A stretch of DNA of 64,000 bases from an uncultured Gammaproteobacteria bacterium (GTDB lineage Bacteria > Patescibacteriota > Microgenomatia > UBA10105 > UBA927): the NCBI GenBank assembly GCA_964527425.1, contig CAZGOA010000001.1, positions 179,273-243,272 on the forward strand. The letters run 5' to 3'. This document shows positions 51,554 through 59,940 of the stretch, one piece after another (the first letter of the stretch is position 1; every line of letters starts with the position of its first letter). Position numbers and translations under genes: made by a program. The notes under the pieces were generated by a model, which was not told where the DNA came from, searched no databases, and saw nothing but the letters and a program-made list of their open reading frames with translations.

Positions 51554-51742
51554 AATTTTTTTAAAACACTATTAATTACTCTGGCTGTGAAATTATACCA
51601 TTCAAGTTGAGTTTAATGAAGGCTAGTTATGGATATATGTCTTATTTGTAACAATTTAATTTTAGGGAAGTGTAATATATTTATATAGAAGTCTTATCAT
51701 ACTAGTAATCCAATATGAACTATGATTGATTAGATTACAGAA

Positions 51743-52564
51743 TTACTCTGGTAATGTAATAAGAGTATCTATTTTCTCCAATAGACCTTCTTCTAATAAT
51801 TTGTTCAAATTATACATAATTTTTTCTTTTGGCTTGTAGTAAGTGAATTCCATTTGTTTAATTAGATTTGCTTCTTCCCAAGAATTTTGTCTGACCATAT
51901 CCATTATTCTGCCTCGAATAAACCTATTCGTATCTTGAAACGGAATAGTAGAAGTTGTTTTTCTTGCTTTGGGTATTAGTTGTTTTAATTCTAATGCTCC
52001 ATAGTCCATAAGTGCTTGATGCCATTCCCATGCTTTACCATTCGGCAATAACTGATCTGCAACGTATTGGATCTCTTTTGCTGTTGCTGGTTTTTGTTCG
52101 AAAAAGTGGTGTTCTATTATTTTTTTTATGTTTGTATCAACAAACGCTAATTGATTGTTAAATGCGAATACTAATATTGCTCGAGTAGTATATTTTCCCA
52201 ATCCTGGCAAATTGAGTAATTTTTGTTCATCCTGTGGATAGTTACCTGAATATTGAGTACAAATCATTTCTGCTGCTTTTTTTAGAAACAAAGCTCTTCT
52301 GTTATACCCCATGCCTTTCCAGGCAATGATGACATTTCCTGTTTTGGCTTTTGCTAAATCTACTAGTGTAGGAAATCTTTTGAGAAATGCTGGTAGAGTA
52401 ATTAGAGCTCTTGAAACCTGGGTTTGTTGCAACATAACTTCTGAAACATGAATGATGTAGGGATCATGGGTTTTACGCCAAGGTAGATCACGTTTATTTT
52501 TAACCCACCAGGTAAAAATAAGATTCTGAAAATGTTTTTTTTGTTCCTGGGAAATTATTTTCAT
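51743..52564 (-). CDS. mutY: A/G-specific adenine glycosylase (short MutY-like)
   Basis: RDLPWR, SEVMLQQTQV, WKGMGYNRRA, LPGLGKYT, VDTN, QALMDYGA. Confidence 0.88.
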   Translation of the reverse strand: MKIISQEQKKHFQNLIFTWWVKNKRDLPWRKTHDPYIIHVSEVMLQQTQVSRALITLPAFLKRFPTLVDLAKAKTGNVIIAWKGMGYNRRALFLKKAAEMICTQYSGNYPQDEQKLLNLPGLGKYTTRAILVFAFNNQLAFVDTNIKKIIEHHFFEQKPATAKEIQYVADQLLPNGKAWEWHQALMDYGALELKQLIPKARKTTSTIPFQDTNRFIRGRIMDMVRQNSWEEANLIKQMEFTYYKPKEKIMYNLNKLLEEGLLEKIDTLITLPE

Positions 52565-52724
52565 GATTTTATTAGTTATAGCACACGTTGGGATATATAA
52601 CAGAGAACATGATAGAAATCCGTTATTTCAATGCGGGATGCAGAAATGCTTACAATCTGGGATCGGAATAATTCTTTTAAAGTACAAATAACCATTACCT
52701 ATGATTTAGAGACTTATAGTATTT

Positions 52725-52764
52725 CCGATCCGGGAGCGGATGAGGCTACCGATCCGGGAGCGGA
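52725..52764 (+). repeat. REP-like tandem palindromic element, copy A
   Basis: CCGATCCGGGAGCGGA x2 separated by TGAGGCTA. Confidence 0.75.
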
Positions 52765-52819
52765 AGTGATGTATTAGACCATATAGGTGATTGTGTCAAT
52801 CTATAGTACAATACAGGAT

Positions 52820-53677
52820 ATGAAATCAGGTGTAGTTTGTTTAATTGGCCGTCCAAATGTGGGGAAGTCAACGTTGTTAAATAAATTATTAGGGCATAAA
52901 GTATCGATAACCTCTCCAAAACCTCAAACGACTCGCTTCCCTATTCAAGCGGTGTATGAAGATGAAAGAGGTCAAATACTGTTTGTTGATACACCAGGAA
53001 TATTTGGGAAAGTTAAAGATCAGATGGCAAAAACTATTAATAAAACTGCTGAGGACTCATTGCAGGAAGTTGATCTGGTTATATATATGGTTGATCATAC
53101 TAGAGAACGAGATTTTGAGGAAAATAAAGCACTGGGAATTGTAAGAAAAGTGAATGCACCTAAACTATTAGTGATTAATAAAATTGATGTTAAAACTCCT
53201 ACGCATATTGTGCAATATAAATTTATGGAAGAAGAGTTTGATCGTGTGATCGAGATATCCGCTTTAGAAGAGAAGCATTTACCCATTTTAGTAAACGCAA
53301 TTTTTGATTATTTACCAGAACGTGAAGCTATTGTTGATACAGAAACACTTTCACAACCTGCATTAAATCTAGACAGTAAGATGTTTGTTGCTGAAATTAT
53401 TAGAGAGAAAGCCTTCTTAAATTTACGCAAAGAAGTACCTTACAAGATTACTGCTGTTGTTGATGAAATTACAGAGCGTGATAGTGGATCTTTATTTGTA
53501 AAAGCAAGAATTTTAGCTACTGAAGAACGCTATCAGGCAATGGTAATTGGTAAAGGTGGATCGATGATCAAGGAGATTAGTATGGCGTCAAGAAAAGAAC
53601 TCGAGAGAGCTACGAATAAAAAAGTGTTTTTAGATTTGACTGTTGTAACTGATCCTCATTGGATGGAAATTTATTAG
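52820..53677 (+). CDS. era: GTPase Era
   Basis: GRPNVGKSTL, PQTTR, DTPG, NKID, KH domain VIGKGG. Confidence 0.96.
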   Translation: MKSGVVCLIGRPNVGKSTLLNKLLGHKVSITSPKPQTTRFPIQAVYEDERGQILFVDTPGIFGKVKDQMAKTINKTAEDSLQEVDLVIYMVDHTRERDFEENKALGIVRKVNAPKLLVINKIDVKTPTHIVQYKFMEEEFDRVIEISALEEKHLPILVNAIFDYLPEREAIVDTETLSQPALNLDSKMFVAEIIREKAFLNLRKEVPYKITAVVDEITERDSGSLFVKARILATEERYQAMVIGKGGSMIKEISMASRKELERATNKKVFLDLTVVTDPHWMEIY

Positions 53678-53768
53678 TATCTTGTCCTTTTGTCCTCCAA
53701 AAGAACCAAAAAGAATAAATTGATTTTCAGATGTCTCCATTCTTACTGAAGACAACCGCAATGCAGAG

Positions 53769-55160
53769 TTACTGTAATCTTTTTAATGTTTGTTCTTTAC
53801 CTAGAACCTCAAGGGATTCTAGTAATGGTGGACCGACGGTTTTACCTGTAACTGCCAGGCGCAACATCATGAAGACATCTTTTGGTTTTTGTTTTAGTGA
53901 TTCACATAATGCCCTTACAACTTGTTCCATAGCATCATGTGTCCAATCAGTATGAGTAAGTACTTCGGATAATTTACGTACTAGTTGCTTATCCAGTGGT
54001 TTTTCAAATTCTGTGACTTCTTTAAAAAAGAATCCTGCTAAATTCCAAAATTCCGATAATGTTTTCATGCGTTCATTAATAAGGGGAAGAATTATCATTA
54101 CTTTTTCTTTTGGTAATTCTGCAATTGAAGTGTCAAATTCTATTAATCGTTTATAGAATTCTTCTATTGATAGGGCTTTAATGTATTCTTTATTTACCCA
54201 ATCGAGTTTTTGTAAATCAAAACGTGGAGCTTGTGAAGTAACTGTTTCTAATTCAAATGTTTCTATAAATTCATTGAGTGAATATATTTCTTTTCCATCA
54301 GGATGATTCCAGATAATATTTGATAAGTAATTAAGAACTGCTTCAGATAAATATCCTTGCTTTCGATAATACTCTACTGAAGCATGTCCATGTCGTTTTG
54401 ATAATTTTCCTTTACCATCGGCGTTTAAAATAAGTGGCAAATGGGCATGAACAGGCATTTTCCAACCAAAGTATTGATATAACAGAACATGTTTTGGGGT
54501 TGATGAAATCCATTCTTTTCCTCTGAAAACGTGAGTTATTTCCATTAAATGATCATCGACAACTACTCCAAAATGATACGTAGGGAATCCATCTGATTTT
54601 ATAATGACTTGATGATCGATGACATTACTATCAAATTCTATAACACCACTTAGTAAGTCGTTTACAATAATTTTTTCATTTTCTGGAATATCCATTCTGA
54701 CAACATGAGGAATGTTCTCTGATAATTTTTGTTTTATTTCGTCTTGGGATAACAACGTACAGTGCTTATCATACATGGGAGGTTTATGGTCCTGTTCTTG
54801 TTTTTTGCGCATTTCTTCTAAACGTTCTCTGGTACAAAAACAATAATATGCATGACCTTTTTTGAGCAATTCTTCTGCATATTGGGCATAGATTAGCAGT
54901 CTTTCTGATTGTCGATATGGCGCAAACGGTCCGCCAAGAAGTGGACTTTCATCGGGTGTAAGTCCAAACCATGAAAGTGAGTCATATATTACGTCTTCTG
55001 CACCTTCTACGAGCCGGTTTCTATCTGTATCTTCTATACGCAGAATAAATTTACCATGATATTTTTTTGCATATGCATAATCAATGAGTACTTGATAGAT
55101 CGTTCCAATATGAGGAAAGCCTGTGGGAGAAGGAGCAATTCTTGTTCGTATTGTATTCAT
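53769..55160 (-). CDS. gltX: Glutamate--tRNA ligase
   Basis: RIAPSPTG.PHIG, LRIEDTD, KLSKRHG. Confidence 0.96.
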   Translation of the reverse strand: MNTIRTRIAPSPTGFPHIGTIYQVLIDYAYAKKYHGKFILRIEDTDRNRLVEGAEDVIYDSLSWFGLTPDESPLLGGPFAPYRQSERLLIYAQYAEELLKKGHAYYCFCTRERLEEMRKKQEQDHKPPMYDKHCTLLSQDEIKQKLSENIPHVVRMDIPENEKIIVNDLLSGVIEFDSNVIDHQVIIKSDGFPTYHFGVVVDDHLMEITHVFRGKEWISSTPKHVLLYQYFGWKMPVHAHLPLILNADGKGKLSKRHGHASVEYYRKQGYLSEAVLNYLSNIIWNHPDGKEIYSLNEFIETFELETVTSQAPRFDLQKLDWVNKEYIKALSIEEFYKRLIEFDTSIAELPKEKVMIILPLINERMKTLSEFWNLAGFFFKEVTEFEKPLDKQLVRKLSEVLTHTDWTHDAMEQVVRALCESLKQKPKDVFMMLRLAVTGKTVGPPLLESLEVLGKEQTLKRLQ

Positions 55161-55285
55161 ATAGTTGATTGTAGCAAGCTATAACCGTATACTCAAATCA
55201 GACAAATTAAATTCTGTATATCGAAATTTTCAATCAGGAACAATTTTCGTTAAAATCAGAGATTTTGCATTTAGTTATTACGTAT

Positions 55286-56347
55286 ATGGCTTCATTAACA
55301 AATACTGCATACTACACGAGAAGAGCGATAAATTGGGTAATTCTTGCAATACTGTGTTACTTTATTTTGAGAATTCTTTGGAGTTTTTTTCTGGGATTTT
55401 GGCTTTTTGTATTTCCACCAAAACCAGCTCCACCCAATCATGCATTTGGTAAATTACCAGCAATTTCATTTCCAACACAAAATAGCTCTCCCTCTACAGA
55501 ATTTACATTTTCGTTAGAGACGATTACTGGAGGTTTACCAATAATTGCTTCTGAATCTGCTTCCGTCTATTTTATGCCTAAGGCTTCGCCTAATCTACTC
55601 GCGATTCCTCAAACGCAAGAATTTGCTAAATTATTGAATCTAAATCCAAATCCTATTCAGGAAAGTCGTACTATTTATCGTTTTGATGATGCTCAATACC
55701 CACTAAGAAGACTGCGGTACGATATCGTATCTGATAATTTTGTATTGAGGTATGGATATGAACAAGATACAAGTATTTTTACAGAAGGTACAATTAGAAA
55801 CCCTCAAATAGCACAACAAGAAGCAATAACCACATTGTTAAATTATGATCTTTATACTGATGATTTTATAAATGGTGAAAAAAAAGTTACTAATTTACGA
55901 TTAGTTGGAAACACACTCGTTCCTGTGGAAAATCTCTCAACAACCGATGCTATGCGGGTAAATTTTTATAGAGGTTCTATAAATAAACTTGCTGTAGTAA
56001 CACCAAATCCTGATGAGGGTCAAATTAGTATTACCTTTAGCGGCTCATCAAATCCCAAGCGTCGGCTTATTGAGCTAGTTTATACCTACTGGCCGATTGA
56101 CTATCAAACATATGCAACTTATGGTCTGAAGAAAATTGATGTGGCTTGGCAGGAATTACAAAACGGAAAAGGTTATATCGCGAAATATCCAATTGATGGA
56201 AGCAAGCAAGCAATTGTTCGTAATGTCTATCTTGCATATTATGATAGTTTTGAACCTCAAACATATTTACAACCAATTTATGTATTTGAGGGCGATCAGG
56301 AATTTGTTGGGTATGTTCCTGCTATTGTTCCTGAGTGGACTGAGTAA
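55286..56347 (+). CDS. Conserved membrane-anchored hypothetical protein
   Basis: Long ORF, N-terminal TM, FGKLPAISFP, C-terminal YLQPIYVFEG. Confidence 0.75.
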   Translation: MASLTNTAYYTRRAINWVILAILCYFILRILWSFFLGFWLFVFPPKPAPPNHAFGKLPAISFPTQNSSPSTEFTFSLETITGGLPIIASESASVYFMPKASPNLLAIPQTQEFAKLLNLNPNPIQESRTIYRFDDAQYPLRRLRYDIVSDNFVLRYGYEQDTSIFTEGTIRNPQIAQQEAITTLLNYDLYTDDFINGEKKVTNLRLVGNTLVPVENLSTTDAMRVNFYRGSINKLAVVTPNPDEGQISITFSGSSNPKRRLIELVYTYWPIDYQTYATYGLKKIDVAWQELQNGKGYIAKYPIDGSKQAIVRNVYLAYYDSFEPQTYLQPIYVFEGDQEFVGYVPAIVPEWTE

Positions 56348-56361
56348 TTTTATAAATCTTA

Positions 56362-57336
56362 TTAAGCTGCAGGTGATGGTCCATAATTTATCCATTGATG
56401 ATTATTAAAAATCCATTGTATAAGTAATTCAGTATCACTAAAGCGATCTTTACTTCGTAATGCAACAATAATCACTTTTCTCCCGTCTCGTTGTACCATT
56501 GTAACTAAGTTCTCTCCTGCTTGAGGAGTAAATCCTGTTTTTATTCCTGATACACCAGGTATTTTACCTAACAGCATGTTTGTTGTCCGTAATTGATGAA
56601 ATATTTTGTAATCCACATCTGGTACGGTTATTTGAGGTACTGATACAATTTTTGCAATTAACGGGTATTGTATTGCAAACCGTGCCATATTAGCTAAATC
56701 TTTGGCTGTCATATTGTGATCAACATCATCAAAACCTGCAGGGTTTACAAAATGTGTTTTATTCAGTGAAAGCTCTTGTGCTTTTTTATTCATTACATTC
56801 ATAAATCCTTGAGGACCTTGTGGATGATGTTGTGCTAATACATAGGCTGCATCATTTGCTGATTCTATAAGTAAACCATATAGTAAGTTTTCTACTGTCA
56901 TTCTCTCACCAGGGACTAAATCCATAATTTGACCAGAGAGTGTTGCCTCTTTTACTACTACAATATCATCGGGTTTATATTCATCGAGAGATACCATTGC
57001 GGTCATAAGTTTTGTTGTTGAAGCTGGTGCTAATAATTCCTCTGCGTTTTTTTGATAGAGAGTTGCTCCCGATGAAACGTCTACTACATAAACACCGTAT
57101 GCACTAATCTCATCTCCTGGAAGAATACCAGTTGTATTTAACGGATACGGGGCCGGAGTTGGGATGGCAAGCGGTTCCTTTGCAATAAGAGGAAACTCTG
57201 GAATAGTAACTATTATTCCCTGATTTTGTTTATGAGGGGTAATAAGAAAAATGAGACCAAGCAGGATAAGAAATACTATTTTTTCTCTACTATTAACCCA
57301 CCAGAATTTATTATTTCTGAAAGATTTTCTAGCCAT
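56362..57336 (-). CDS. D-alanyl-D-alanine carboxypeptidase (peptidase S11)
   Basis: PASTTKLMT, SAND, GIKTGFT. Confidence 0.92.
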   Translation of the reverse strand: MARKSFRNNKFWWVNSREKIVFLILLGLIFLITPHKQNQGIIVTIPEFPLIAKEPLAIPTPAPYPLNTTGILPGDEISAYGVYVVDVSSGATLYQKNAEELLAPASTTKLMTAMVSLDEYKPDDIVVVKEATLSGQIMDLVPGERMTVENLLYGLLIESANDAAYVLAQHHPQGPQGFMNVMNKKAQELSLNKTHFVNPAGFDDVDHNMTAKDLANMARFAIQYPLIAKIVSVPQITVPDVDYKIFHQLRTTNMLLGKIPGVSGIKTGFTPQAGENLVTMVQRDGRKVIIVALRSKDRFSDTELLIQWIFNNHQWINYGPSPAA

Positions 57337-57534
57337 ATGTTGATAGTACACGACATTAAACAAAAAAGGTATAAATATTTTTTCTTCTTATGAGATGAAT
57401 TTTATAGTCATATTGAAATAATGTACGAAAACTATTTAATTTTGAGATTCTATATTTATTTGTAGTCCTTTTTGTCGCAGAAGAACCAAAACTTGTAAGT
57501 CGGCAGAAAAAAGTCTTAGGGGCTGTATTATTCT

Positions 57535-57599
57535 CGATCCGGGATACAGACATTCCTCCGATCCCGGATCGGTAGCCTCATCCGAGCCGGGATCGGTAG
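57535..57599 (-). repeat. REP-like tandem palindromic element, copy B
   Basis: Reverse complement reads CCGATCCCGGCTCGGATGAGGCTACCGATCCGGGATCGGA, near-identical to copy A. Confidence 0.75.
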
Positions 57600-57606
57600 A
57601 TACTGC

Positions 57607-59517
57607 TTATTTGGTAAATGAACCGATAATTGGATTTGCTGCTTTTTCGTAATCTTGCTCTTTGATTGCAATTGTTTTTGTGTGTAATCCAGGATTAAAA
57701 TAGATAATTTCATTCTGACGGAGGCTTTCATCTACGTATAATGGAATAGAAAATATATGACCGAGTGGCGGGACTGCACCGATTTGAACAGTAGTTACCT
57801 TTTCTACTTCTTCTGATGTAGCCATACGTAAATCTTTAACTTGGTATAGCAGTTTAAAAGCTTTCATGTCTATTTTTTTATCACCTGGAACAGTAACCAT
57901 AATCGGTTTGTTGTCTGCATACAGAAGAATGGCTTTTGCTCCTGTTGAGACACTAACTCCTCTTATTACTGCTGCTTCTTCTGATGTTTTTACAGGCACA
58001 TGTTCCGTTACTTCAAATTGAAGTTGCTTTCGTTTGAGATCCTGCACGATTCGATCAAAAACAGATGTTTGAGAGGACATAAGAAGTGTTAATCCCAATT
58101 CTTCTAATTGTCCGTTATCGACTGGACTTGGTGCATCCATAATGGCGGTGCGGCCTGTTGATGTCATTGGAAAGGCTATGGTTTCTTTGAGTGATTGCTC
58201 TTGGGTAAGTAGCATAACCAATCGATCTAAGCCTAAGGCAATACCTCCATGTGGCGGCGTTCCTAATTCGAAGGCTTCGAGCATATGACCAATACTTTCT
58301 TGTATCTCAGAATCTGTATATCCCATGATCTTCATTGTTGCTCGTAATACTTCTGGCTGGTGGGCTCTGATACTACCACCTCCAACTTCATATCCATTAC
58401 ATACTAAATCATATTGTGCCGTTACTATCTGATCGATATGTTCTCCTTTTATATGCCAATCAATATGTTCTTTTATAGGAGTACTGAATGGATTATGAGT
58501 AAATGTCCATCCGCTTTTACCGTCTCGTATTTCTGCTGCATCTCCTGTATCAACTTTTTTGAAAAACGGAAAATTAACGACCCAGGCAAAGGCAAGAATG
58601 CCTTCTTTCTTTTCTTCTTCTGTACGGATATCAAATTTATCAGCACCATGTGTTTTTAATGCATCTTTGTACTGAATAATAGGGAACGTTTGATCTTTAA
58701 GTTTGCCACCCACTGCGGTAACTGCAGTTTTTACTATATCTTCTATAATTTTCATAACATCTTCTTGTTCAACGAAACTCATTTCCATATCAAGCTGGGT
58801 AAATTCAAATCCGCGATCTGCTCGTAAATCTTCATCACGCATACAACGTGCCATTTGAAAATATCGTTCTACACCAGCTGTCATGAGCAATTGTTTATAT
58901 TGCTGTGGGCTTTGCGGTAATGCATAGAACTTACCCGGTTGAAAGCGGGATGGCACAAGAAAGTCTCTTGCACCTTCTTTTGTTGATTTAGTTAATAAAG
59001 GTGTTTCAACTTCTACAAATTCACGTTCATAAAACGCTTCTCTTATTGCTCGATAAAATTTAGAACGCAACTCAAGAATATTGTGCATACGTTCTCTACG
59101 TAAATCTAAATAGCGATACCGAAGTCTCATTTCTTCACTAATCGAGTATCCATCGGTATCGATTGGAATGGGGAGTTCTTTACTTCTATTTAAGAGAATT
59201 ATTTTTTGCACTTCTATTTCTACTGTACCAGTGGCTAAATTAGGATTTATCATTGACTCTGGTCGTCGTCTAACTATTCCAACTATTTCTATTACGTCTT
59301 CCGCATGCAGACTTACGCCTTCTTGTTGTTCATTCAATCCATATGACTTCAGTGCATCAAGCATTATTTCTTTTGATAAAACTGTTTGGACAATACCTGA
59401 TTTATCCCGAAGATCTAAAAAGATTATTTTGCCATGTTTACGGATAGTATTTATCCAACCTTTTAGTGTAATTTGTTCTCCTGTTTTGGATATTGTATCG
59501 TTTGATAGTGTACGCAT
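57607..59517 (-). CDS. aspS: Aspartate--tRNA ligase lacking the GAD insert, fused to a C-terminal YbaK/ProX domain
   Basis: OB fold, RYRYLDLRR, YALPQSPQQYKQ, RDEDLRADR, PPHGGIALGLDR; tail with GAKAIL and IGAVPPLG. ATG at 59517 follows SD AAGGAGG. Confidence 0.95.
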   Translation of the reverse strand: MRTLSNDTISKTGEQITLKGWINTIRKHGKIIFLDLRDKSGIVQTVLSKEIMLDALKSYGLNEQQEGVSLHAEDVIEIVGIVRRRPESMINPNLATGTVEIEVQKIILLNRSKELPIPIDTDGYSISEEMRLRYRYLDLRRERMHNILELRSKFYRAIREAFYEREFVEVETPLLTKSTKEGARDFLVPSRFQPGKFYALPQSPQQYKQLLMTAGVERYFQMARCMRDEDLRADRGFEFTQLDMEMSFVEQEDVMKIIEDIVKTAVTAVGGKLKDQTFPIIQYKDALKTHGADKFDIRTEEEKKEGILAFAWVVNFPFFKKVDTGDAAEIRDGKSGWTFTHNPFSTPIKEHIDWHIKGEHIDQIVTAQYDLVCNGYEVGGGSIRAHQPEVLRATMKIMGYTDSEIQESIGHMLEAFELGTPPHGGIALGLDRLVMLLTQEQSLKETIAFPMTSTGRTAIMDAPSPVDNGQLEELGLTLLMSSQTSVFDRIVQDLKRKQLQFEVTEHVPVKTSEEAAVIRGVSVSTGAKAILLYADNKPIMVTVPGDKKIDMKAFKLLYQVKDLRMATSEEVEKVTTVQIGAVPPLGHIFSIPLYVDESLRQNEIIYFNPGLHTKTIAIKEQDYEKAANPIIGSFTK

Positions 59518-59537
59518 ATTGCCTCCTTTGTGAGCAC

Positions 59538-59724
59538 AAAAAAACGCTCCCTCTATATAAGGACGAGCGCAATGTCGTGGTACCACCTTATTTTTCCTTA
59601 GATTTCTAAAGGACTTATTACAGCTTTATCGGAGCTTATCCGTCTGGTTCTACTAATCTATAACGATGTTCTTCCAGCCGTTTGAGACAATCTCTATCAA
59701 TATGTCAATATTGATGTAACGTTA
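59538..59724 (-). ncRNA. T-box riboswitch (Asp specifier, ultra-short Stem I, transcriptional)
   Basis: AAGG-TGGTACC-ACG (59589-59576) pairs with CGT-CCTT; terminator CGCTCGTCC...GGGAGCG-T7; Stem II with AGTA/GAA; ATCAATA-ttGACa-TATTGAT hairpin. Confidence 0.88.
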
Positions 59725-59729
59725 CGATG

Positions 59730-59780
59730 AGTATAAATCAATTAGATTGTGTTGACAAGAGAGTTATGTGCTTTTACAAT
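59730..59780. promoter_or_regulatory. Back-to-back sigma70 promoters with overlapping -35 hexamers
   Basis: Plus: TTGACA(59752)-17-TACAAT(59775). Minus: TTGTCA(59758)-17-TATACT(59735). Confidence 0.75.
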
Positions 59781-59793
59781 TAGCACTATTATT

Positions 59794-59920
59794 ATGCAAT
59801 CCATCGCTATTATTACCGTCCGCTTTAATACCCTTCGTATGGGTGAGAGCGGTTGTGTAATATAACGAAAATTATTTAAAAAAATCACAACCTCTCACTA
59901 ATAAAAAGAGAGGTTTTTTT
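59794..59920 (+). promoter_or_regulatory. Leader peptide (23 aa) + transcription attenuator
   Basis: uORF 59794-59865 MQSIAIITVRFNTLRMGESGCVI*; GTGAGAG-c-GGTTGTG pairs with CACAACCTCTCAC; terminator AACCTCTC...GAGAGGTT-T run. Confidence 0.8.
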
Positions 59921-59940
59921 GTGTTTTATGGAAAAAACGT

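Noticed and set aside
51417-51554. N-terminal extension of the cupin ORF
   Set aside because: It overlaps tRNA-Gln.
52725-52764. Possible mini-CRISPR (two 16-bp direct repeats)
   Set aside because: The spacer is only 8 nt and is identical in the second locus; no cas genes.
59518-59586. N-terminal extension MVPRHCARPY... of aspS in the ORF track
   Set aside because: It is the T-box antiterminator/terminator sequence; the SD and ATG at 59517 give the real start.
59703-59708. Minus-strand TTGACA as a -35 box
   Set aside because: No -10 at 17 bp (TCAAAC); it sits in a hairpin loop and fits better as the GAC specifier loop.
59780-59787. TTAGCACT CIRCE half-site
   Set aside because: No matching second arm at 9-nt spacing.
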